Part shown: positions 1 to 13,445 of the stretch, piece after piece
Numbering within the stretch: the stretch's first letter is position 1
Layout: every line of letters begins with the position of its first letter
From: Lingula anatina
Taxonomy: Eukaryota > Animalia > Brachiopoda
NCBI GenBank assembly: GCA_051362555.1
Contig: CM120641.1
Location: forward strand, 42,662,401 to 42,726,400
DNA: 64,000 nt
Reading direction: 5' to 3'
Notes under the pieces: generated by a model
What the model was told of the DNA's origin: nothing
The model's input: only the letters and a program-made list of their open reading frames with translations
Databases searched by the model: none
Made by a program: the position numbers and the translations under genes

Positions 1-464
1 TAGGATGCACATGTTCATGGTGCACCCACTGCAAACACACGTTATCATTGATGGTATGTACAGGCACATGCATGCATGTACCACTTATTTCTGAGTCATC
101 ATTTTTCGAGTCGCAACATTTTCTTAAAAGCACACCATTAAAAAAAATTGCCCTGTTATATACCCTGTCACTTCCAAGCTACCCCATTGCTATGGCTCAT
201 GTTAGGGGAAAAAGGAATCTTACTGTTAAATGTTTTATTTTGTATAGTGTGATTTTATAGTGTGATTGATAACATAAAATTTTCTTTACGTGTTGTATTT
301 TTTAAAAAATCTGTACTAACTTAACATGAAATTTTGTGTATGAAATTGTGAGATTTTTTATACTGGAATACTTTGAAAAATATTTTTATTTTATATTAGA
401 GAGAGTTATTTTTATACAACTTGTGCCAGTTACATGTAGATTATTTAGAATGACATAATTTCAG

Positions 465-3400
465 GGTGCTGCTGTGAATTTCCACGACTCTGATGTTGAG
501 GATGAGACCAAAGTAATCAAGCTTAAATGAAACTAACACCTTTGATCATAATATATGTATACTTTTGTTTTGAAAAAGAAAGTTTCGTCGTCTAATATTA
601 GCTGGGATTTTCTCACATATTTTTGTTTGGAAGATAGTTTTGTATGAAGGAGAAAAAAGGATTTATTTTTTGTCCAGTGTTGTTTTAATATATCTTGAAC
701 ATTTGAAATAATTTGATCATAGCTCAAGAATATATATACAAAAGAGAAACTAAATACTTTCAGTCATCACACTTTGATTAATTTCAAGAAAAAAGAGCTG
801 AGTAGAAAATTTTGCCATGTTTCAGAGTGTGACCATGAATGTAGGGGATCATATACAAGAAGATGAAACAAAAGTAGGATTTTTTTTCTAGAAAGAACTT
901 TTAACCCATATAATATATTTATATATATGCATACAAACATTTATTCTGGTATTTCTTTTACATAAACAATATGGTGCATGCTGATTGTCATAGAATTGTC
1001 CGAGGATTCTGAACAGAAATATGTTTTATTACTAATAGAAAAATTCTCATCGCTAAAAAAGAATTAATGATCAATAATCTATGTAAGGATTTATTTTCAA
1101 TTCTTGTTATCTGAAAAAATCTATTTTATGAGATTGTACCACTTAGCATGAGATTTGTCATTTTTCCTCACAGTATATTTTACAGCTGAAATTCACCTAT
1201 TGACCGTTTGCCAGTTTACCTTATTTTATCAAGATTGCATGAGAGACCACAAACCTCAGAAAACTAAAACCGAGAGGGAAGTGGTAATTCCCAGTGATGC
1301 ATGGTCAAACAAATATCTTTTGATATGAGTAATTAGGAGTGATTAGTACTAGAGTTTACAAGTGCATGTGTGTAATTAACTTAATAATTTCCCTTAGTTG
1401 TATTTACTGATTGTGCATGATATAGACCCCCCTTATTATGTAGACATAAAAATTTTATGACTTCAGTCAGTGCAAGTGCTTAGCTATCATGAAATATGAG
1501 TATTTTCTCTGATATGCTTAATACATTCCTGGTTTTACTGTGGTTGCCAATGAAATATGTGACAAGTCTGAAAACCTGTCTTAAATAAATTAATATAGTA
1601 ACTATATGGGTTGAGGAAGATATTAACTTTCTTTTTCTGGAAATGGGGCACACTCATATGTCTCTTTAGTGATAATTAGAACTTTCAGATGTCAGTAGCA
1701 GATATTTAACATGCAGGACTATCACTCGTTATGGTATAGAGATACCATGAGTGCATGTGGCTTTCCAGATGCAGCCTTTAGATTGATATACAGTAAAAAA
1801 CCCTATACCATTATGATTTCTTTTACTGCAGAGTGTGACCATGGTGTTTGCTATTGTCTCTCCTGGAGATGATGAAGAAGAAACTAAAGTATGCCATGAA
1901 ATTGTGTTAGGTGTGATGTTGTCACAACCAGCACACTCCATTGCTGTTCTGTTTTTTCAGCTTTTTGTAGCATGTGATTGTGCGATAAGTGAAACACATT
2001 TTTATGTGATCTAGCTAGTAATACCAGTTTTAATGTGCTGGTTCACTTTTTCACACTGATAAAAGTCTTTCTCTATCATACCATACTTGACATTTATGTG
2101 AACAATCTTATACATAAGAGCATGGACAACACTACATTCTTGAAACACATTTTTAAACTATTTCAGTGCTTGTGTCACGGTTTATTTTAGAATTTATTTA
2201 TCAGTATATTATCTGTGTCACCTTTCATTTAATTTTTCAGATTCTGTATGATCTATTATGTTGAATGTTCAGTGTAGCATGACATTTTCTGTTGTAAGAT
2301 ATATAGATATAGGTCCGAAAAGATTCCTCGTTTATACATTCCATTTGTTTTATGTAAAATTGTTTCTCTGCAAGCATGTGTATGGTGTGACTTTAAAATT
2401 ATTCTCTTCAGCCAGCAAGTGACTTTATTTGTATTACTGTGTCCATGTCTATGCTAGACCTTGCAAATGTTCTAAAATTTTGAAATAAATGTCTAGTTTG
2501 ACATATACATGTCATATAATAAGTAATAAATCAAAATAAACTTATGGATTCTTTTCTTTTTTTGCAACATTTGGCTACCACAGTAACAAGATAGATTTTA
2601 ATAAAACATTTTGAATTTCCTCTCCCATTGTATGACCATTAATCCCAGAGGGTGTGTAAACAAAAATGAAGTTACTGTATGGATTCTAAGTTAAAATTTC
2701 ATGGGGTTTCCGTTGTTAATTTTTCCAGAGTCTCACCATGTTTGTGCCTACGGATGAAGCTGATCAAGGTCTCGGAGAGGTCAACCTCACCTTCCAAGCA
2801 GATGACCTCGCACAGGCCTATGCTACTGGAGGAGCACACACGGAAGCCATGCAGGTTACGCACACTGCAGATGGTGGAGTGGCTGCTGCTATTAATCCTA
2901 TCTATGAAGGGTAAGGTTCGCAGTCATGACATATCAAATATGTTTGCATTATTGCAATATGCACACTTATCAATATCATAGATAGCACACTGCTGCAACT
3001 TACACATCAGGCAAACAAACACATTGTTTAAACTTCTGCTGTCACAACTAACATACTGTCACAATGTACCCACTGTCACAACTAACACACTGTCACTATT
3101 TACCCTCTGTCACAACTAACACACTGTCACAATATACCCACTGTCACAACTAACACACTGTTAATATTTACCCTCTGTCACAACTTACATACTGTCCAAT
3201 ATACCAATAATATACAAAGACAGATATCCATGTCAGAAACACTATCACCAAGACACATTGAAAGAAAAATATATAATAAAAATCTTGTACATGGTTCCAG
3301 ATGCTCTGTAAGTTGAGCTATTACCTTTTGGTGATTGAAATATTTACATGTTTATGTTTATGTGATCTTTACTCTTTTTTATATTGTCACAGGAATAATA

Positions 3401-3532
3401 TAAATAATGCACAATTGACTATAATCAATTTAAATTTTGACATCTTTTTCTTTAAGAAACCAAGCCCATACCACAGAAACCCGTGAAGAGCGTTATGTAA
3501 CATCTTATCAAGAAAGTCGGACAGAACTTTAA
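465..3532 (+). CDS. 3' end (cytoplasmic tail) of a probable Cad99C/PCDH15-like cadherin; gene starts upstream of the window. Exons 465-512, 826-873, 1832-1888 (micro-exons), 2729-2910, 3457-3532
   Basis: All exons bounded by AG/GT with compatible phases; 2729-2910 reads SLTMFVPTDEADQGLGEVNLTFQADD...AAAINPIYEG (NPxY), last exon reads NQAHTTETREERYVTSYQESRTEL-stop (class I PDZ ligand T-E-L as in CDH23/Cad99C). Family assignment is from recalled motif similarity only; no cadherin repeats lie in the window. Confidence 0.6.
3039..3205. repeat. Intronic minisatellite, ~17-bp CTGTCAC-based units with higher-order alternation
   Basis: ctgtcacaactaacaca alternates with ctgtcacaatRtaccca and ctgtYaMtatttaccct, about 10 units. 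Confidence 0.9.
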
Positions 3533-5584
3533 AAATGCAGCTGCAAGAAACTGAAAATATGTGATAATTTTGAAAGCTGCAATGTTGATATCAACTGAGA
3601 ATCAACTGTGACAATAATGACAAAGAACTTCAGAATACCAAGCAGTAATTTTTACACATGCTGCAAGAGATTAAGATAGTGCCATTAAAAAAAGTGAAAA
3701 ACATTGGAGAAATCCATTTGATGTATACTTAATATAAATTACTGTATTTTTGTGCCATAATTCTTCTTAAAAAAAGAGATAAGTCTTTCCTCCCAATCTT
3801 TTCTAACTTTTAAATTATGTTGTATAATGTACGGATTAATTTTAGTTAAAATATCTAGCTTGCTTAGATTTATATTATTATCATTGTGCTTTATATTTAT
3901 TACCTGTTAATTTAAATTTAGACTTTTTTCAATGTTTGGCCTATAAATTTGAGGGGTCCAAGATTATATAGCTATTTGTGTCATTTTCTGAATTAAACAT
4001 GTGCCACTTTGATCTACTTAATATAAATGTGCTGCCATAGTCTACTCAAGTTTTCATTGTGTCTTTAATGTCTCTGTAACCATTGTTGAGCAGTGGTTTT
4101 TGCAACGAACTGTAATATTTGTATTGTGCAAAGTGGTTATTTATAACATATCTACCATATTATACATACATCTCTATAAATGTATGAATATCTCTAAAGC
4201 ATAATATACACTTTATATACCATTTATTATTTGGATTATACATTGTTATAACCAACTACCAAAAGGCTTATGAAGCTTTACATATCATTTTGTAAATTTT
4301 CTATGAAAACTGTATTTAGTGTGGAAGAAAGAATAGTAGGACACAAAAAAGTGTTAGTATAGATGGAAGTCCTAGCTTTAGGAGAAGGATATAATGAAAG
4401 TGTTTCAAATTTAAAAACCTCAATTCTAGAAATGCACTGTGTAATATAATGCACATGTAAATGAGAGAGAGGGGAAGAGAAATATATCACTATGAATCTA
4501 TGCAAATGAAAATGAAGTGCACTCTTGTGGCATGTTTGTATGGGACCAACTGCAATTAATTTTGCTTTTCCACCATTTCAGTTGGTTGTGAATTGGTTTA
4601 ACAGTCAAGTTATGAGCTTGGTGTAGCATAGCTTTATAAAGTGATACTTAAATATTTAAATGTTATTTATTACCTGTATTCAAGTACTGCTAACATATTT
4701 TAGGTGTTTTTTTTTTTAATTCACACATTCCTCTGATGTCACATCTGCTTTTCAATATTGCCAAGGATATCTTGGACACCTCAAAAATTTTTTGTAAAAT
4801 TCAAATGAAAGTTATAATAAAATTTAGCAGTGAAATATACCTTGTTTTATTAAAAGATGTTTCCTATACTATGAGAGACAATATATAAGTTTAAGAACTT
4901 GAATGCCAATTAACTTAACTAAAAAGAAAGTAAAGCTAATTGAAAATTGCATAGTAAGGTTGACTAGCTAAATTTTATTTACTGCTGTAAGTGATGCTGC
5001 ACTTAAAAACAAAATGAGCTATTATTGTCAGCATACGCTACTTAACTCTTGTATCAAAGCAGTAAAAAAATACAAAAGCGCAGTGATGTGGTGACATATT
5101 TGATATACACGTTATTTTTCACCTCTGGATACGAATTAATTAGAAAATCTAAAATAAACACTAGCTCTAAAACAACTGAACAGAAATGTTTGCATTTTGA
5201 CCAAAGAGATGTATGGATTCATTTTGGCCTTATGGAATTACTGACAACGTAGGATCGCTGCATTGTGTTAGATGTGCCACACCTGAGTCCATGATACCAC
5301 ACAGGATCACACCTAACACAATCTGCGCTGACCTCTGCTTTGAACAAAAATAACGCGAAATACAAGAAAATCTGAATGAGCGAAAACTGCTAGGAATCTT
5401 AAACGAGCACAGTGCATTTTTCAAATATTTCTTAGAATTCTCCAATTGTAGCAGTTAAGGCTAATTAGTCCAAGGACAAAAGATTTATATGAAACAACTC
5501 CTTGCAGAAATGATTGTTTTTCATTGAGAGGATTAAAATATAAATATATCATATATATATTATATATATTATATATACTAACAC

Positions 5585-5800
5585 ATAGCGCAATCCTACG
5601 GACAACACCATCCATTGGGCGAAATTGTTGTCCTCTGGACAGTTCTCCTGTGGGTAAAGTGACGTTCCCTTAATACTTGACAAACATTTTTGTTTCTGAT
5701 GTTGCTTTCCAGTGGCTGATATTATTATGATAACTGTCTAGAGGATAACGCTTTCATCCAATGACTATAGCGCTATCCAGTGTTGGTGAAACTGGGCCCA
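5585..5800. mobile_element. Degenerate MITE-like element (one intact GGGCCCAGTTTCAC-type end, internal inverted repeat)
   Basis: cattgggcgaaattgttgtcctctggacagtt (5613-5644) is the imperfect reverse complement of aactgtctagaggataacgctttcatccaatg (5732-5763); right end gtgaaactgggccc resembles the termini of the MITE at 57845-58122. Confidence 0.55.
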
Positions 5801-5808
5801 GAGTGCTA

Positions 5809-5875
5809 TGACGTCGACTGTCACTTTATGACGTCGGTGTACTGTGACGTAAACCGCATTGTGATATGAACCAAT
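5809..5875 (+). promoter_or_regulatory. Candidate promoter: three CRE/ATF-like TGACGT motifs plus CCAAT box
   Basis: TGACGTC at 5809 and 5829, TGACGTA at 5845, CCAAT at 5871, just upstream of a G|GTGAGT donor at ~5936 (likely non-coding first exon of the orphan gene). Confidence 0.5.
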
Positions 5876-6223
5876 CAATGAACAGAATGGGAGCGTAGCA
5901 ACCCGCTCAACTCAGAATTGCGCATTTCGCGAATTGGTGAGTAGCAATCATTTTTTTACTCTTAAATTCAAAAAGACCACAGGGCGTTTAAGAACTATCG
6001 TTTGTCATTTATTTCTTCTTTATCAAACGTGATTTGCCGTGTTTGGTTTGTCTTTATTCACAGGAAGATTATAAAGGAAATTTTCTTAATTCTTACAAAT
6101 GTACGTCCGTCAGCTACGTTGACCAATAGGGCCTAATTCTTTTACAACATTTTTCAGTAACGAAGGTTTATTCATCTTTTCAGAATTCTACGTTGATATA
6201 TTGAACGATTGTACTCTCTCTAT

Positions 6224-7286
6224 ATGTTCGGTGAATGTGGAAAATCTGTAGAAGTAGAAAGTGGTGGTAAGTAACAATTTGTCGACGTGCATTGTACACA
6301 CTACACCACTACAGCAAGTCCTTTTATTATTTCATGTGCGCATATTGTTGTATTATTTATTTATAACGCTTCTTATAAACGTTCCTTATCAGATATGTTG
6401 ATAATTTACATGTAGGCCTACTAAGTTTTGCCAAGGAATGATTTTCAGAAACTATTTCAAATATATTGGTTTTTATCTTTGCAACTTTTGGAAATCAAGA
6501 TGACATACATATTGATTAAACGGTCTTGAATTATTCTGAATAAAGCACCTTCTACATCTTGTCTTCTAGGGTGTAATCACGGCATAGAGCCAGTGAGGGC
6601 GTGCCCTCAGTGGGCGTGTCCACTAGACCGTCCAAAACACGCCTTCGCCCGCGTGATTGACGTAACATCTGGAACGGCATGTGCCGGGATGTTTTGGGTC
6701 CCTATGATTGGCAGGCCCGTGGGGTGGCGCTTGGAGGATCTGCCCGGCCCTGAGGTCGCCACCAAGGTTCTCTTCCTCAACAAACTTCCCACGATTGAGG
6801 AGGACCCGCTTATATGGCCAGGTAGGGTAAAAAATTCGACACATTTTCAGACTTTTTTTCTCATTCCTCTTTTAATCCACTTATCCGATTTTCAATGCCA
6901 AAAGATGTGCTCTAAATTTAATGTCATGTTAGTAATATTAATTATAGTAATTATATTAATTTTAGTATTAGTAATATTGATATATCTAAATCCCATTGTT
7001 TATTAGCATGGAGAGATAATTAATTTGAATTTTTTTTCCCTTTAGATGATTACGCTCGCAAAGACAACTTTGAGAGCATCATCATCAGCAAGAAAAGAAA
7101 ATCCTTTTTGAAAAGAATCAAGAGAAGGATTGTGAAAGCATTGCCAAGATGTTTAAAGCAGGTAAGAATATTAAGTATTGAAACATGAACTATTTTATTT
7201 TATAGTATAAGAAAAAAAAATCTTATTAACTTTGTTATTCCGATATACATGAAAATGTTGCCAATCTTCATTAATATGTCAAATTG

Positions 7287-7337
<51 letters not shown>

Positions 7338-7358
7338 CAGTGCTTCTCCAAATCATAA
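6224..7358 (+). CDS. Small orphan protein, 142 aa. Exons 6224-6266, 6570-6821, 7046-7161, 7341-7358
   Basis: Four exons with canonical GT-AG and matching phases (1,1,0) give one open frame MFGECGKSVEVESGGCNHGIEPVRACPQW...NKLPTIEEDPLIWPDDYARKDNFESIIISKKRKSFLKRIKRRIVKALPRCLKQCFSKS; middle exon is GC-rich relative to flanks. Confidence 0.7.
7288..7337. repeat. (TTTA)n microsatellite forming the 3' end of the last intron
   Basis: ttatttatttat... run immediately before cag acceptor at 7338-7340. Confidence 0.95.
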
Positions 7359-9773
7359 ACACTAGCTAAGACCATCTCCTGTCGTGATCACCGGGGAAAG
7401 TGCAATATGAGCTACTGGTCTTTCAAGATCTTGACCATCTCAAAGGAGATGACTGATACAACAGTTCCGCGTCGTGCAATATCTGTGTTGATACCGGGGA
7501 AGTGCAATATATATTTGTGTCCGTGGCTTGTGAAGAAGTTACCTACGCAGCTGCACAAGGACTTCAGCAAGTCACGTGGATTATCAACTATTTAGAGCGG
7601 CATTGTCAAACTGAAGAAGCTCTCTTGTTCAGCAGTGCTGGCGGTTGTTAATATGTTTATATTATGTTAATATGTATATAATTGTATATATTAATAATAT
7701 GAACATTGCTCCTTATATCAAGAAAGGAAAAAACGGGCAGATTTGTTCAGCTCTTGAGCAAAGTTATCATGGCTGTGTATTGTAAATATTGTTAATACTC
7801 TTGTCATTGTAAATAATAAAAAGATGTATCTTATGACTTATTTTTTTCTCGGATAAAAACCAAGCCCCTTATTTACACTTTTAAGCGACATTGGTAAAAT
7901 TCTGTCACCAAATATTTTAGCCTTACATATTATTTGCTTTGTTTGACTATAACTTACCTACAGTGTTCGAAATTAACGCTATCCTAATGACCCGAGTCCG
8001 ACAACTTTAATTCTTCCGCATCTGACAGGCCAGACAATCAAGCAACTTCTTCGAGAAGGTTGATGTTCAAGCAAATTTGAAACATTTATAATATACATTT
8101 ATTACGTGACATTTGTACTTTAGTAAACCACCTGAGAATATTGAAAAAAAAAACGGATAGATGATGTGTGTGTGTGTGTGTTAGTCCAAATGGTTGTGAT
8201 GGAAGTCCAACCATTTTCTCTTATAAATTACATTCTTTCCTTTTTTTCATGTTTGTGTCACATTCTATAAAATTCAACTTGATATCGTAGGAAAATTCAC
8301 TTCATATCCGTCATGTGAAATCCGTCTCGAGGGGCGGTGGGGGGGGGGGGGGGGCGAAGGAGAAGCCTGGTCACCTTACATCACGAAAAAGGTCTGAAAA
8401 AGAAACGTGACTTAGTATAGCATTACGATTTCAGCAAATCCCAAATCGCCTTCCCTGGATGGGGATCCATTATTATATAAACATTTGCTTTAGTTTAGAT
8501 CGAGGCTTCTGAACGGAATATATGTGAACTTATTGTGTGAGTCAAGTGAGCGTCTTCTTAAGAGAAGATAAAACCAAGATCAGGCAATGATGGAGAAAAA
8601 AAGAAGCCACCTGTAACAATGACGCAATTTACACATGTAGGTCTAAAAGCACCGAAAAAAATGGTACAGTAGTTCATTGACTGTGTAAATAAATGTTGAC
8701 TGGTAGTATCGAACAAATTTGTTGAGTAGTTGAACTGCTATTACACTGCATTCGTAGAAATGACGCGTTTTTTCTGCACATGCACAAAACGCAATATAAA
8801 GGGAGCGTACAACGCATGTGTTCTTCCCTTGCCTGCTTCCAGGGGTCACAGATTGATTTTCAGTAGATATTTACAGATATGATTCTGGCTAATTCATGGC
8901 ACGCTCCTCTGCTGATCAAAAATGCAAATAATTAATTAGCGGCCCTGGTGGAGGGTAGTAAAAGCTTTAGCGTACTTGTGATTCCAGAAGAATCTTAAAG
9001 AGCACTAACTCGGTTTTTAACCTAGAAATTGAGTCCGAAGACCAAAAATCGCTGCCTACAACGAGACGGACCAGAACTTAACGAAGTTACGGAAACAAAT
9101 TAGGTGAGAGTACAACCAAGGAAGTGGATACCGGCTAGAAGCCTCAACTGAGCCCATATTGTAGAACTCGCACAGACGCTAAGCTACCAGTATTGGCATT
9201 AACCATGCCTACCTGTCTAAATGTAAAGATTAAGGACGCTTATTCTTGTATCATATGAAGGTAGGGCTTTTTTTAAGTTACGAATTTTTAAAATTTTTTT
9301 AAATTTTTTTATTAAAGTTAAAACTTCTTATCTTTTTGTGAAATGATTGGGTATAACTGTTCACGATCAGTGCTGCACAGTAAAACTTTTTTGATGCCTT
9401 TGCCATAGCCAGATGTGTCATACGATAGCAAAATTTGCAACAATTGAAGATTTGGCGCGAAAATCCTTTATAGGGTACCTTTGTAATGGGCAAATTTGTT
9501 GTCAGTTTTTTCGTGAACACGAACGTTTTTTTCGTCAAATTTAACCAACCAGTCGACTAACGGGTCTTGACCACCAGCGTTTTATGAATCAGGCACGCAT
9601 GTGAGAGAACAAGCATTCCATCTATATACTTACGAGGCGTCTGGCTATAGAATACAGGAAGCCAAAGGGTATTAAAATAAACTTACAGGTCCTCACTGTG
9701 CAGTGGTCAGTACGCTGGTATGAGGTCATTCAGTGAGGAACGTAGTTAAGAAAGCTATTACCCCTGCATATTA

Positions 9774-10223
9774 GACAGCGTTCAGATTCAAACATCGTAT
9801 CAGCTGGTTCGATCCAACTTTGCAGGGGATTCCCATAGATTTTAGATCGATCTATCCCTCTGTAGATTACTGTCAGCTTAGCCGGCTTAAGCGTCTGTCC
9901 CGCCTACTAAAAGCTGTAAGGGGGTAATTAACTATGGTGCGCGCTCGGCTGACTGCAATTTAGCGTGAGCCCCCCAGGGAGTTAGGTCGATCTAAATCTT
10001 AATCTCTGGATTGATCTAAATATCTGGGAAGGCACCCTAAGTTGCATTCAGTGTAATCAGCTTTATTGTCTGGCACTCATCATAGAGTAGCTAGAGTGTA
10101 ATTTACTTTCGTGTGCGCTCTCCTTAGCAGCCTTTAAGCCGATATCATTGATTGCAATTTGGGAGAAACTCCTGTCGAGTTGGATCGATCCAGCTAGTAC
10201 GATGGGTTCATCTGAACGCTCCC
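9774..10223. mobile_element. PIF/Harbinger-type MITE with TTA target-site duplication, containing a second MITE (~9825-10037)
   Basis: ~55-bp imperfect TIRs (gacagcgttcagat...gatccaact / agttggatc...atctgaacgctccc), TTA at 9771-9773 and 10224-10226; inner segment matches the stand-alone element at 48907-49125. Confidence 0.8.
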
Positions 10224-11686
10224 TTAGTTGGGTGGTAATTCAGTGTAGCCAAGCTTCCTACCCTAAAAAGACTCCATTATTGCCAGCCTGACGAAGAAAA
10301 GTTCCCTTTCTGTTGACAAGATCGTCTGCGGGAATCAGAAACTCAGGGTAATTGTGTAAAGATGGCCTGGCGCAATTTAACAGAAGGTACATATTATTCA
10401 AAACTGCTGTTTTAAAATAGTTAATCGAGTTGCACCAAAAGTGTGAAACAATTTCTGGTGTGTTGAGAATTTAGTTTTTGGTTCATGTGGCATATGAGAT
10501 ATACTCTGAGTTTGAGCGTTTGCCGTGAAGTCAAGCCATGATGCTAAATATACACGTATTTACTTATTTCTTGAGTAGTGGCGTTTTTAGGTTTTAGCAA
10601 GTGCTTGAGAAAGGTTATAAAATGGGTGTCAGATGCTTAGAAAGGGGAGCAATTTTAATTTACTTTCCTGGAAAGTATTAAGCTGAGAAGGCCTGAAACC
10701 AAAGCTCTGAGACCAAGGAATTGACTAAATGGTAGCGCTTGTCTAAGAAAAGACGCGTCAATCTCTTTTGCGTATAAAATTTATTTCAAGTGGTGCTGCG
10801 CAAAATGATGTATCGTTATTTTATGCCGATTCTTTACCGATATAGAAAAGAACAATTGGACTTTGATAATTGTGTGCCGTACAGAGAATTGAAATGTGGG
10901 CGGAGGCTGCAGATTGAAGGATACAAATCAGTAACTTGTGCGTTGTTCTTGGAATGAATGCTGCGTAAATGAGATTATCGGATGTGATGGGACGAGCTCA
11001 TAACGGTGACACCACGGTGACGTTTTATCTGATTTACACTTGTCCGACTTGCAGAACGAGCGTGCTGGTTTTGTGGAAATAAGCCATTGTTTTGCTATCG
11101 TATTGCTATCTGTCTTTTCCTAAAACTATACTCTACATTGTGGGAAAATATTCCGATCATATTTACAGTGTTTTAAACTATATTTGTATTTTGTGACAAG
11201 GCATCTGATCGTATTCGAATTGTTCTGTTATCTGTCTGCCTTTCTGTTCTGTAACAAAACACTAGATTGTGGGAAAAATCCAGATACACTTAATTCCATT
11301 TAAACTCTATTTTTCTTCTCTATTAAGTCGCCCTGCTCTTCGGTAGCGTTCTGAGATGTGGTCGGTGGGGATGTGTATACAGTAGGCATTCCGCGAGATT
11401 ATCTACCCACTTTTATTTTAGTTCTGAGTCATAGTCCACAAGTGGCACGTGTGTGAAGTGTGGCAAGAATGAAAGACGGCTGAGCATTTGTTGTTTACAC
11501 ATTTCAGTTCATTGAACGCTGCTGTTCTCCTCCGAAGCGGCGATAATTGATGCCAGAACTCCCCAAACCAAAAAGACGCAAAAGGGCAAGGGACACAATA
11601 CAAACTGAGCCTTACGCAATTAGTTCCTGTCAGAAACAAATTGGAACGATGAGTGTGAAGTGGAACTACTGTTTTTTACAAAGAAT

Positions 11687-13413
11687 ATGAAGTTTTTACT
11701 GCTGTGTGTTGCTGCCGTAACCTGTTTTGGTGAGCATCAAGCAGTTATGTACCGGTACCAGGGGGCCAGGGAGAACGGTTACAGCTAATTAAACTCGTGG
11801 CACCATATAAAATCATGGAAGTCAAGACCAGTTCTACATGTAGTTTTTTTTGCTGTGGTGACAATGTATTACTGTACCTACATATTTCTGTTGAACTGAT
11901 TGTATACTTTTCTACTTTACTTTAAGTCGGTATTAATCAAGAAAGAAAATGGGCTTTTAAGGCTGCTGAATTTAAAACGTAGATGGCAATAATTATATAT
12001 AAAACTTTATGTTTGATTTCAGAATTTGCGGAAACATTTAATTGTAAAGAGGAGTGTCTCATTGAAGACGAAGCCAAGTTTCTCACCGGAGAACCCCTTG
12101 TAAGTGTTAACCTGAGCACCGTGTGCTTTCCACGAGAGGATGATCAGGGATATTACTGTCGCTGTCCTTTGAAAGGATTTCTTAGAAAGGACGGGAAGTG
12201 CCAAGGTAATTTTAAGAGTACCATATATATATTTTTATCTTCTTTACTCTATGTTATGCCATTTAAGCAGCTGGCTTAACAACTATTCATAATTAAATGT
12301 CCCGCTCGCTTTATCTACATTCGTTTTAAAAAGAAATATTGTCGCTATTATTTGTATTTTAAAGGGAGTTATTATTGTTGTTCTTTTTAAACATCTGGTT
12401 TCAAAGTTCAAGGCTTTTAGAAATCTAAATCGATTGTTAGTTGGTGAAAATTATTCCCATTAAAACAATTGTACACCATTCCAACTTGAAAAGGTTATTT
12501 TAATGCTTTTTAATGGTTATTTGTTCTATAGAAACCTGAAACTTACGCGAGAATACCCATCTATTGTCTTAATTCGAATACAATCTTAAGCGACATACGA
12601 TACTAACAGGAACATTTAACGCTGCTCTTTACATTCAATTACCAGGAACTTAATATCTTATTGTTTTCTGTAGATTTGGATGAATGCGGCCGAGGTATTC
12701 ACGCGTGCCATGGAGCATCTACGTGCGTCAATACATTTGGGGGTTACGTGTGCCGATGCCACGACAAGAGAATGGGAGATGGGAAACGCTCCTGCAGGAA
12801 AGGTGAGGGGGGGGCTTTCCGATAAGTTCGAACCAGTAAGGAAACCTGTGCATTAGGTGTAAAATCATTTTAACACAGACTTGAAAAAATAACTTAGAGA
12901 TGTTAAATTGCAAAGTTATTAGATCAAATGTTACTCTCTCAAGCAGAAAAATGGTGCTCTCTGCGTTTTATTTTGGAACTTAAAGCCTCCCGTATTTCAA
13001 GTCTTGTTAACATTAGGGATTTAACTGTTGCCCAATCCAACATCTCTTTTTTCTATACTAAGTAGACCAGAAAATGCCGCAGGCAATCATGCAGAATCGT
13101 AGTAAAAAATGTTCGTTCAACTGGCAGGTCCGCTTTTTTTCTTCAATTTATCCTGACATTTGTATATCGAAGTCATTGTAAAGGAGCCATTGAAGGCACT
13201 AGTACGGAACTTGGGGCCATTTACATTTAGACTTAAGTTGACGTTGACTCTAAAGAAGCCAGAAGCCAGTTGTGTTTCCGTGGAATGCTTAGATGTCATT
13301 GTTGTTTCTTTTTTTGTCACATTAAATCCTGAATAAGCTACTATAAATCAACAATTTGCGATATTGTACAATGTAAACTATGGACCATGGTAGTATACTT
13401 GTCATCATCGTTT

Positions 13414-13445
<32 letters not shown>

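Noticed and set aside
965-1295. Further possible micro-exon copies (..IELSEDSEQK near 985-1019; ..KPQKTKTEREV near 1234-1282)
   Set aside because: Lack matching acceptor/donor pair in phase 0; at best decayed copies
2679-2981. 100-aa ORF from the track
   Set aside because: Wrong frame; the spliced frame SLTMFVPTDE...NPIYEG fits splice sites and the downstream exon
8649-8780. Possible CAC-terminal MITE
   Set aside because: Terminal inverted match too short and no TSD
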